Assembly: GCA_964016885.1 (NCBI GenBank)
Contig: OZ024742.1
Span: 119,784,001-119,848,000 of the forward strand
Direction: 5' to 3'
Source of the DNA: Eledone cirrhosa
Taxonomy: Eukaryota
Length of the DNA stretch: 64,000 bases
A program made the translations under genes and the position numbers. Position 1 is the stretch's first letter. Each line of letters opens with the position of its first letter. The notes beneath the pieces are model-generated. The model did no database searches. It was not told where the DNA came from and was given only the letters and a program-made list of their open reading frames with translations. Positions 12,450-23,733 of this stretch are shown here, piece after piece.

Positions 12450-12849
12450 GTAAGCTGGCTATTACCTCTTCCTTCTACAACTTATATTCCTATTCACTAG
12501 TTATCAACACAATGCTATGCCACATGTTTTCTTTCTTTTCCTACTGCTTGTTTGCCTTACGCTCTAGTTTCTTTACACAATTTTATATTTGTCTCTTTTT
12601 TTTATGTGTGTGTGTATTTTTGATCTCTTTCTTTCCCCACATACAACTGCTTGCATATTTTTTTATGAAATATTTTTTGTATGTATTTACCATCTGTTGT
12701 TACACCTTTTGTAAGTGTGTTTCCTGCTGTCTTTCTCTACATACTGCATTGTGGCACTATCTTTATTGATGTCAAGTGTACCTGATTTTAGCCTGAACCA
12801 AAAAACAAAAAAAAACAAAAAATGATGTGTGCGTATTTCTTTTATTATT

Positions 12850-13205
12850 TTGCTGGTTTCAGTCATTGGCTTGTGGCCATCCTGGAGCACTGCCTTCAAG
12901 GATCTTCAAGCTTCATTTTGACCTCTGTACTCATTTCAGTCTAGTATTTATTTTATTGAAATCTATTTATCAAATAAATAAGTTGTGTGTTTGACATAAA
13001 GGGACATAACACACTGGTTTACACTGGTACACACACACATGCAACATCTACTAAATTTAAATTCAAATATATAGAATTACTATCATTCCACTTAAAAGCA
13101 TCAACAGCTTCAGTAGAAGACACTTGCCTAAGGAGCTGCACAGTGGGATTGAACCCTCAACTATTTGCTTGTAAACTTCTAAACCACATGGCTAAGCTTG
13201 CACAT
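12850..13205 (-). mobile_element. degenerate SINE
   Basis: gtttcagtcatt...gccatcctggagcactgcc and agacacttgcctaagg...cagtgggattgaaccc; related in reverse to 16560-16860. Confidence 0.55.
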
Positions 13206-13254
13206 ATGCATAATGCTGAAGGAACTAGCTTGTCATGTTCCTTTTGGATGATGT

Positions 13255-14664
13255 TTTCATAGTCTCTGTTCAAGAAAAGACTAGCATGAGGTGTTTAAGT
13301 TTTAAGTGGATGACACTGTGCCATGGAGCATTAAAGAAGATTAAATGGTGGTATAATTTACCTGTGTTGTAATAAGTGATAGTAAGCTTATCCTTAATAT
13401 AAAAGAAAAGAGAATGGAGATATAACTCTCCCTTTGGTTTGATGTATTTTCATTGCAGTTTGTTTGGCTGATAGTGGAGGGTTTAAAATTTCCTAACATT
13501 AAATTGCATGTTGCTGTCTTCAGGCTACTTGTTGCTTTTAAGTCTCATTGTGTGTATGTAACATCATCCAGATTCTTGATTGCCTGTGATATTTTCGTAT
13601 CATCAGCATAGCTAGTGAGAGCAGCTGCCTGTATAATTGAGTGTATGTCTGAGTGAGCTACTACAAACAACAGCTACTCTAAGTTCCCTGGTGGATTCCA
13701 TTGACTATTTTATTTCTTTTGTGAGGACACCACAAATTGCAACTGCCTTACTTCTGCCTCTTAAAGAAGTCATATAGCACTTCTCTAGTTTACCGACTAT
13801 GTCGAGATCTCACAGTTTGTGACATATTATTCTATGATAAACTTTATCACAGGGATTTGTAAAGTCACGATAATATATCCACTTTTGATATCCACCTGAT
13901 GATAGCTCTGTTTACCTTTGGAAGAGAATCTGTAGTGGTTTTGCTAAATCCTATTGAGGACTAGTTACTGAGTTTAAGCTCATTTCATCTGTGTATGTTA
14001 TTTCATTTTCCTCCTTAACATCCATATAATTGAAGATTACCATTTCTCTATGTAGAGAAGTAGAATCAAAGAACTCATCTGGCTTATTTATTAGTTATTT
14101 ATGTGATCTCTCAGTTTGAAGTAGCGACTCTAACTGACGTAACTCTGATCTCTGACCTATGCACTCTATCAAGCAACGTTACTTCACAGACCCTGTTGGC
14201 ATTATATAAATTTCTTAAGTTATATCAATGTCTTTTATAAGGACTTTCAGACCTATTTGGTTTGAGGATCTCTTTCTCATTAGCTCTTTCCGTGTGGAGA
14301 GCATGTGTGGTTTCCATCAGACCAAACATTGTTAGTGCAATGTTGTGGTCCAAGAAAATCATCTGTGCCACCTTCACACTTGAAGCTGAAATCGAGAATA
14401 TTTTTACCTCTCATTGGATAAAGTTGTATTTGTTCCAAGAATAACAAGTTAGATAGATAAAGCTGAGACCCTGATTCTCTTTTGTTCATACAGCAACATT
14501 CCTGAGAGAATGTGACCTTCAGGTCATTTGAAATTGGAGAGCTTGAAGTATCTCAAGAGAAGTATTGAAGTGTTGATCCAATTTAGTCAACACACCCTCC
14601 ATTTTTCAAAGTCTATCTTCAAGTATATCTTTGATTTGAAACATCTGGTAGATATGTGGGAGCC

Positions 14665-14714
<50 letters not shown>

Positions 14715-14780
14715 ATAAGTGGCAGTTACTCACAAGCTACAGATTTGTTCAAGCCTGTTAGTAGGCTTCTTGCTCTTTTC
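13255..14780 (-). mobile_element. old degenerate CR1/L2-type LINE fragment
   Basis: Minus strand YADDT (tcgtatcatcagcata near 13595-13610), collinear with the intact LINE at 49.5-52.6 kb; many stops. Confidence 0.6.
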
Positions 14781-15035
14781 TGTCTAAAACTGAATGCTAA
14801 TTGTATTGTTTAATATATATATATGATGTTTATGTATGTAAGGCATCTAATATTATAAGTGTGTTTATCAGCTTGCCTATGTATTTAATGTTTGATTAAT
14901 ATTAACATTGCCAAAATATCCCAGAGTGACATTCTACATTGAATGCATTACACATAGATTATGAAGGATTATAGTAGAAATGTGGTTTCATTAATGTTCT
15001 TTTCTCTGAAGTTCTCTCTGCTGTCTCTCTCTGAG

Positions 15036-15069
<34 letters not shown>

Positions 15070-15092
15070 TATATACAGGTACACACACACAT

Positions 15093-15127
<35 letters not shown>

Positions 15128-15129
<2 letters not shown>

Positions 15130-15430
15130 CTAGGGCGGATAAAATTCCCGAGATCCATGGACGAGTTCTCTCCAGCGGTCTCTGTCCCTCATTATCGCTG
15201 CCATGTCCTTCGTCTCCAACAGACCAGTGTACTGTCCTTAGGGCATCAACATACGTTAACCTTGGTCTTCCTCTTCCAGTGTGTCCATGTAGGGGCTCCC
15301 ACAGGAGCACTGAGTGCAATGTCAACTCTGGATGTCGGTGAGCATGTCCAGCTAACCTCAGTCTCCTCTGTGTCACTTTTGAGCTGACTTTTGGGAGGCT
15401 CCCATACAGCTCTGAGTTTTTCATCCTCAG
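15128..15430 (-). mobile_element. RTE LINE 3' fragment
   Basis: RRLRLAGHAHRHPELTLHSVLLWEP...GRGRPRLTYVDAL; ends in (TA)n. Confidence 0.85.
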
Positions 15431-16210
15431 TGTATATATAAGTTGTGTAATGTTTGTATTAAATAAATATACATTAATCAGTATATATATATATATATAT
15501 AGTAGATATGTGTGTAACTACAGTTATATGCAGTTCACTGGTTAAAGCACTCAATATTGTTACAAGGGTTCATCTCATGTGAGGTTTATATTTCAATATA
15601 CTCCAGGATTAAGGCAACTGTAATATGCAGAGTGTAAATACAGGTAAGCAGGAACAAAGTCAAAGTTGCACCATAAATAAATGTGCCTATGAACTTGAAC
15701 TCACATATCCAATGAGATGTTGATGTGAAGTCGAGCCCCGATTATGATCAGAACCTGGGCTGATCAATATCAAAACAATTGTTATCTGCAATAAAGTTTA
15801 TTTATCACAATTGTTTTGATATTGATCAGCCCAGGTTCTGATCATAATCGGGGCTCGACTTCACATCAACATCTCATTGGATATGTGAGTTCAAGTTCAT
15901 AGGCACATTTATTTATGGTGCAACTTTGACTTTGTTCCTGCTTACCTGTATTTACACTCTGCATATTACAGTTGCCTTAATCCTGGAGTATATTGAAATA
16001 TAAACCTCACATGAGATGAACCCTTGTAACAATATTGAGTGCTTTAACCAGTGAACTGCATATAACTGTAGTTACACACATATCTACTATATATATATAT
16101 ATAGTTATTTAATGTATATTTATTTATAGATATATATAGTTATTTAATGTATATTTACTTATAGATATATATAGTTATTTAATACAAACATTACACAACT
16201 TATATATACA
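15431..16210. repeat. long palindrome (foldback)
   Basis: 15500-15782 is the reverse complement of 15807-16089 with no mismatch seen and a 24-nt spacer. Outer arms 15431-15465 and 16176-16210 also pair. Confidence 0.95.
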
Positions 16211-16449
16211 GTTACTGGCTAGTTTCATGTAAGGTGTAGATTACTTTATTACAGACAATATATTTGCATCTACTGAGGAAATTTTCAAACCTTAATGTTC
16301 ACAAACAGTGGATCAGTAAATTGTAAGAAAAAAAAAATGAGAATTGTATATTATTTGCGAGTAGAGATTTAAAATGATATTTATTTTCCAATGAAATAAT
16401 CTGCACAAAACATGAAACCAGCCAGTAACCTTATATAATGTTATATTTA

Positions 16450-16520
<71 letters not shown>

Positions 16521-16559
16521 GTAGGCACCTACATGTATGTATATAAGTGTGTATCTTTG

Positions 16560-16860
16560 TGGATGCAAGCAAGTCCAAATAGTTAGGAAGTTTGCTTTGC
16601 AATCATACAGGCCTTGGTTTGATACCACTGTGTGTACTCTTGGACAAGTGTCTTTTACCATATCCTTGGGTCGACCCAAGCCAGTGAGTAAAATTAGATA
16701 GCAAGAAATTGTGTGGGATTTTGTCAGATAGATTGTGCCTGTTATTCCATAGTCTAGCCTTGTCATATAAAGTAAGAGAAGGGTACATGTGTCCATGGGA
16801 TACTCATTCACCTGCACGATGATTAAACAGCTGAGTGCGCATCACTGAAACTGACAGAAG
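16560..16860 (+). mobile_element. degenerate tRNA-derived SINE
   Basis: gttaggaagtttgctttgcaatc...ggtttgataccactgtgtg...ttggacaagtgtctt. Confidence 0.55.
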
Positions 16861-17857
16861 ATCCACCATGTATGTGCCTGTATGTTTGTATATATGTATA
16901 TATAAAGATATATATATATATCATCATCACTGCTTAACGTTTATTTTCCATACCCGCATAGGGTAGATGGCCTGTCAAATTATGAAGTCAGCCAAGTCAA
17001 GTGCCTATGTCTTGTTTATACAATCTGTTGAGATTTTTGTTTTCTATGACTGGATGTCCTCCCTAACATCAACCATATTACAGTGTGTACTGGAAGCTTT
17101 TTTTTGTGCTACCACCACTACCACTTTACAACGTGGAATGACACATTTTTAAAATGTTTATACCAATAGTTGTTTTCTTAATATCATACATTATTATATT
17201 GACCCTAGTACTATTTTATTGACCATTCATTAATCTCACAAGGCTAAACACATAGCTCACTTCTTGACCAATGGTTGTGAAAACAATGGCGATCCCATGC
17301 TGTTTAGAACAGCCAAATAAAAACCTTGTCAGAATAAAAGCTTTGGCTGGAGTTAACATTTGAGACATTGTAATGCAAGATAATAGTTTTATTAAAGAAA
17401 CAAAGTACATCAAACCTAGAGCTGCACTGTAAACTGCCTATTAAAATGTAGTTTGAAGTTATGTGTAATTATAATCAGTAATATGGATATAAGGTATATG
17501 CATCATATGAGATACACAGATCATTGAGTTATGATGCATAGTTGTGAACAAACTCAATATGAAAAGAAAATCTGGTTTTACAAACCGCTAGTGTAAACCA
17601 TCTCATAGTATACTTGTCTATCCTAGATAAATGCTTCATATAGCATGCTCTGCCAATTGAACTATGTCTCAAATATAGTGTTGGTGGAAACGTTTTGCTG
17701 CAACCACTACATTAAAATGCACACAATCAGCAGTCATAACTAGGCTATGCTGTCAATGCAATATGAAAGATGTGCAAGGACCAGTACTCTCACCAGTACA
17801 TTAGTGCTTGATGCTTGATGCCAAACCTCTCACTTTGAATAGGGGTTTTCTGCACTC

Positions 17858-17898
<41 letters not shown>

Positions 17899-18105
17899 AT
17901 ATATATATATATATGGAATAAACTTCTAGAAACTACAGTTATGGCAATCGTAGTGGTTTAAATGGAAGTTTTTCAAAAGCACCATACATTGTTACTTTCA
18001 TATACAATAATGAAATGAGCCATTGATTGGGTTGTTGAACCCTACTCTTTCTGCCCGTATATTCAAATATGTTGCGATAAAAACAAACCGTGTGTGTGTG
18101 CACAC

Positions 18106-18396
18106 CAGTGGTTCTCTAATTGTGTGGCATAGTATACTGATGTGCCATGAAATATAGTTAGATGCACTGAAAAAATAAAATATCTAAAAAGTACAAAAAA
18201 TAAAAACTGAAGTTCTAAATATAAATTCTTTATCTATGCCTCATTTATTGAATAAAGAAATATTTTAAATCACTTATATTTAAAGGTTAAAATATATAAA
18301 TACCATGATTTGATATATTTTTTATTTATGTAAAACATGTGCTAAAATATATCTATTTGCTGTTGAGTGTGAGTAAAAAACATTTTAGAATCACTA
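18106..18396. mobile_element. hAT(Charlie)-like MITE
   Basis: Imperfect terminal inverted repeats cagtggttctctaa and ttttagaatcacta. Confidence 0.45.
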
Positions 18397-19423
18397 ATGC
18401 ATATATAAAATAGTTTCTGATAAAATAGTGACATGTTTAATGCTTTTAGTCTAGTTTAGAAACTGAGGGCAATAAAATATATCATTGGTTTTATTTGAAT
18501 ATAAATGTATCATCTATTTTTTTCTTATAAATATTCATAAGTAATACATTATCTGAAAAGAATAGGTTTCTTAAATTAAATTCAGTTTATGTAAAAGAAT
18601 TTCTGAAATATAAATATTATATTACCTTCAACTTAACTCTGGAGTGATTTCATGTTAAAGTTGAAATATTCATAAGTTTACATATACCAAATTAATGCTA
18701 TATATCTTTTGATGTTTTAAAAATATTTGAGTTATATTTAGTTTCTTATTTTTTCTAAACTTTCTTAGTATCTAAGCAAAATGTAAAACGTATTGGTAAT
18801 CCATTGTATGAAAAGTATTTTATTCACAACATAGTCTTGAGTAGTTTTTTAATATGTAGCATGTATATTAGAGATATTTGTTAAATACATTAGGGTGAAA
18901 CAAATATATTAATTTAACATTAATTATATCTGTTTTAAATATATTACTCAAAGCAACTATTCAATTATATATAATTATATCAGGCTAAAACAGTTTCTCT
19001 TAAACCAGAGTTCCAAGCACTTTTGTTATGTCCTTTTTCACTTATTATGCTAGTTACCCAGCTTATTTCATTTATTTCTCACTTGCATCAATTATCACCC
19101 CATCATTCCTTTTACGGATCTCACAGATTGGTTCCAAATGAATATCACATAATTGTTATTTAAACATTTGTTGTTGTTTTTTTTTTCATAAATATTCAAA
19201 ACTTTACTTTCAGCTATAATCAAGCCAGGTGCATATCACAGACATTTTGTGATTTATGTTTTGATAATTTCTTTTATTTCATTTAATACAACTTTATAAT
19301 ATTTCACTCTATCCAGACATTTTCTCAAGTTTTTATGTGGATTTTTTTGTTAAAATTTGATTTTATGAATATTTTTTGTTGATGTTTTTATAAAACATTT
19401 TGTTGCATCTGTATTACCTACAG

Positions 19424-19498
19424 GAGTTTTTGAAGCATATGGGTTTTCCAGAAGATGACACTGAACAATTTCATTGGTCTCTTGGACTAGATCGTTCG
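19424..19498 (+). CDS. CACNA2D: alpha-2/delta candidate divergent alternative exon 6B: EFLKHMGFPEDDTEQFHWSLGLDRS
   Basis: ttacctacAG acceptor, TCG|GTAACA donor; 75 nt, phase 0-0, open. Starts E-F-L like E-Y-L, has G-x-P at the G/S-R-P position, then Trp and a D-x-x end. Higher GC than its flanks. Confidence 0.6.
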
Positions 19499-20976
19499 GT
19501 AACATTTAATACTTATATAGCTGGTGAAATTTATAAGTTTAGGGTTGCTTCTACTGCTGCAAATACCCACTGTTTTCTTTTAAAGAAATGTTAATGTTTT
19601 TTTTTCTCTTCTGCTAAAATGAACATTGGCATGTCTTCTCAGTCTATAAGAATCATTAACTTCTTTAGAAATGTTTTAGTAAATAATATTTCTTTCATAT
19701 ATTTCATAAAACTAAGAATACACTACCATATAAGGCTATAATGATGTAAACTTTTCTCAAATATACACAACCAGTAAAATGTTTCAGATAAATTATTTTG
19801 AATATGAATAAGTTTCTTCCCTGAAGACCTTCTGGTGTCCAGTTCTCCTGAGAGTTTGTTACCACAGCACTAATTTTACCTTTCAACAAAGTAATGAAAG
19901 GTAAAGTTTGTGTAACTGAGATTTAAAATCAAATCAAATTACCCATGTATTCACATAGATATATATATGCAAATTTCTGTAAATACATGGCACAACATTA
20001 AGTTTAAAATGTATTTATTATATATATTTGTACATTATTTGAGAAAAATGAACACATAGTTCCTTACTGTATGTTAATTGTATTCTTTGTTTGGTCTGCT
20101 AGAAAATACAGATGATTATTCTAATTGATTTATAAAACTGTAATGGCATGGTGGAATTGCTTTCAGGATTATTATTCAAATATTATGAAATTGTGCACAT
20201 TTGACTGGGTGTGATAATTTTTGGTGGTGGATATTTGATAGTCATCATAATTTAGTAGCTTCTCTGAAACTAAACGTAATTATATGCATATTAAAAAAAT
20301 ATTTCTGTATCTTCTATTTATCTATTCATCATTGCTTCTTCTTTTATCATTACAAAAAGGATCATGATCAACTTTTAAAACATTTTGACTCAAATTGGTT
20401 TCAGTTCAAAATAAGGTTCCAGCATTGAATTGTTGTACATAATATGAAATAAAATATTCAGTGTCTTCCCTAGAACACAATACATTGCTGGCAAAGTGGT
20501 ACAAACTTATGATTCTTCAGTTACAATCTAATCTCTATTCACAGTCATTGCAAACCTTCATGAATTTTCTCACTCATTTTAACTTTTTGGAGACATATTG
20601 TATTGTTACCTTACTATACTGCTTTACTTTATATCCATTGCAGTATTTAGTCTTATCTTTTTATGTTTTGACTGCATCATATGATTATTGGCAAAATGAA
20701 ACAGGCACCAGGTATGCTGAGATTGTGTATGAACTGATCAGTTAGGTAATACATCTATTTTGAAAGGTCAATTTGGTCATACACTGAACTTTTGTCTTAC
20801 GTTGAAATATTAGTTAAGAGTTAGTGACTTGATTGATAAACAAAACTGTCAAGAAACTAATGACTTATTTGGTAGTTATAGTTATTATTTATATTGAATT
20901 TTTTATCCCTCGAATGAATAAATACAACTCAGACTTTAAATCCTATATGTAAACAGACTAGTTTATTAGTTATATT

Positions 20977-21260
20977 TGTGTAGCTTTCTCTAGACAAAGG
21001 GAAGTAGCTGGAGTTACTTCCTGTTGAATTCTAGGTAGGAATTATAAAAGAGGGAGAAAAGAGACATCTTAGCCTTTTGGCGACCGGCTCTCGGACAGTT
21101 CACTCACGAGCGAGTTTGGTATAATCTTATATCTGTATCGAATTAAATTAGTGGTTGGCCTGCAGTGGTGTTTACCAAAGTAAATAACCCTGTGACCAAC
21201 TCACTAAAGTGGTGACCCCGACATGAGTGATGGTCTGGATGCCAGCGCAAATGGTTGGTT
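20977..21260 (+). mobile_element. LTR retrotransposon 5' remnant: LTR plus tRNA-Trp primer-binding site
   Basis: TG start, TATAAAAG box near 21044, then TGGTGACCCCGAC(A)TGA at 21210-21226, complementary to the tRNA-Trp 3' end (...TCACGTCGGGGTCACCA). Confidence 0.7.
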
Positions 21261-23517
21261 TTAACTGTTTAAGGGAAAGTCTGTTGGTTTATATTATATA
21301 GATATATAATATATATATATGTGTGTTTCTTTTTTCCAGGGCCAAGTTGGCGGGGTGGGTTTATTACTAATATCAACATTTAATTAATTAACAATGATAC
21401 ATTTCAAACATTAGATATCAGTAGAAATAAAAAATTGTCCAAGTAGTTGGGACTCCAGAAAATCTTATTGCTAAACAGTTTGCATATAGGAAATAAGAAA
21501 ATGGTTTTGTATATAACTATGGTAAATGGAGAGAAAATAAAAATTAAGTTTCAAATTTGCTGAATCAGTATTGTTATTATTTAGTTGTGAAGCATTTTGT
21601 TAGATATCAAAGATTCTCGGTAAATTGTTCTGTTAAATAGTTTATATAAATATATAAATATGGGAAAATTAAATACTTGCAATAAATAATAATTGAATAA
21701 GCTGAATGTTTTATATGTCAATTAATTAATTCTATTTGCTCATACAGGCAATGGGCTAAAGGATATTTATATATAACATTAGAGGGGAGCTGCTTCTTAA
21801 AAAATGATCTAGTGTTTTACAAAATAGCTTTTTTTGTTTTCAAAGCACTGTAAGCTTGCTTTATTTTTTTTTATGGAAGTAGGCATTTGGTTAGCAGGTG
21901 TATCTATCATTTTTCCATTGTATCTAAATAGGCTATTTTTAGATGAACATTTGTTATGTCTTTTTTGTCCCTAACATACATGATGCACCCTATTCAGCAA
22001 TTGCTTTTTAAATATAATAAATTAAATATAATAAATTAAATTAGGTAAAATACTGTTTAGTAGTTTGTGAAGAAAATATTATTTCATCAATTCCTCTTAC
22101 ATTTCCTATCCTCTTCTTGCAAGTGGTGAATGGTGACCTTTTGGTATACCTAAATCTTTAAACTATAATAATTTTCTACTTTTTCTGTCTAAAAGCATTG
22201 TTGTTAAGATCTCCAGTGTTTCTCCAATCTTGATAATACAGAACTTTTTTCAGTAAGTTTTTTCCCAACTATATAACAATTTAATCAAGAAGGCTTAAGT
22301 CATATTATTATATACATTAAAGTCATGTTCTTAAATAAATAACAGTATTTTGTTATTTTCTCAATAAGTGAAGTATAAATTTACTGTTTTTAAATAAGGC
22401 CAAAATTATGGATTTAGACACCTTAATGCTTTGTTGTTTACTTTTTCTATTAATCTTCATTATTGTTATGATGATTGGCATGCTGTTAAAAATTTAGTGT
22501 TTGCATAGTTACAACCAATCTACCTCTATTGCTTGGGCATGAGTTATGATATACGGTGCATATAAAGTAGAATGGCTCTTACTAAAACTGAATAAAAATT
22601 TATAAAAATTTATTCTATAATTCCTTGCAAAACTGTTTCTAAAATATGCACTATAAATATTTCTAAAAAATGTATGTTAGAATTTTCCCTACATTTAATT
22701 TATAAGTTATAAACACAAATTGCTTTTGTTATAAATTACATTATTATGTACACCATAATTTAGCTTTTAGTTTTCAGTAAATTGAGTCCACAAACTTAAT
22801 TTCCTTTCTGGTGAAAACTATTTTTCTTGCGTTTTAAAGACACCGAGAGAAAGCTGAATGTAAGAATGTGAGATTTCTTAACCTTTATAGATATAATAAT
22901 TCACAACATTGTAAAAGATATTATCTATATTTAGATATTACCTATTCAACTAATTTTATCAAAAATACTAAACATTTTATTGGAATTAATGCATTTTCTT
23001 AAAACAGCTACAGTAAAACATCTTCTTATGCAGTTGTTGTTTAACCCCAGCTTGACCATGATCAAGCATTCCTATGATCAACAGCATACCAACTATGACC
23101 ATTCCATCTTTTTAAAGGAGTGCATTATCAAATATATTCTTTTATTATAAGATGCTAAGGTTTTATTTGAGAGAGAAATATCTAATCACATAGAACTTTC
23201 CATATTGACTCCCTGTTACACTAATTTTAGATTGAGTTGCTATCATAATATTTATGAAAGTAACATGTGTAATTGCTGATTATAAATTTTTAATTACCAT
23301 GTAATGATTGCAATTAATTGGTTATCTGATGGATAGTAGTATTCAATATCAACTAGCTACAAAAATCTCTATTTCATATGTGTGTGAGTGTGTGTGTGTT
23401 TGAGAGAGGGGGAAGAGAGCAATATATATTAATATCATGTATATCTCTTAAATTGTTTCCATTTGTTGGTTTCATATAAATTGTAATTTTCTTTACCCTG
23501 TTTGATAGCAAATCTTC

Positions 23518-23733
23518 TTAACGCATTCCTGGTTCTACAAAACAAAGCTGTTAATTTTAAAATATTTAATTATAGTTCTAGGTAAGAACTTTTATGTTGT
23601 ATTCCAGACACCAGATAAATAATGAGAAAATTAGTTATGTTACTAAATCATTCCAAATTATTGAATGTCTTCAAAATTATTTGAAAATCATAGACAATGT
23701 ATTCCACTAAAAATATGGTAATGAAAGGGTTAA
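23518..23733. mobile_element. degenerate piggyBac-type MITE
   Basis: TTAAcgcattc at the left end and gaaagggTTAA at the right end. Confidence 0.5.

Noticed and set aside
20167-20250. tttcAG|DYYSNIMK... with WWWIFDSH in another frame, as an extra exon-6 copy
   Set aside because: In-frame stop, needs a frameshift, and no donor after DSH.
23570-23590. ctAG|GTAAGA as a recursive splice point in the long intron
   Set aside because: It lies inside a degenerate piggyBac MITE and has a weak pyrimidine tract.
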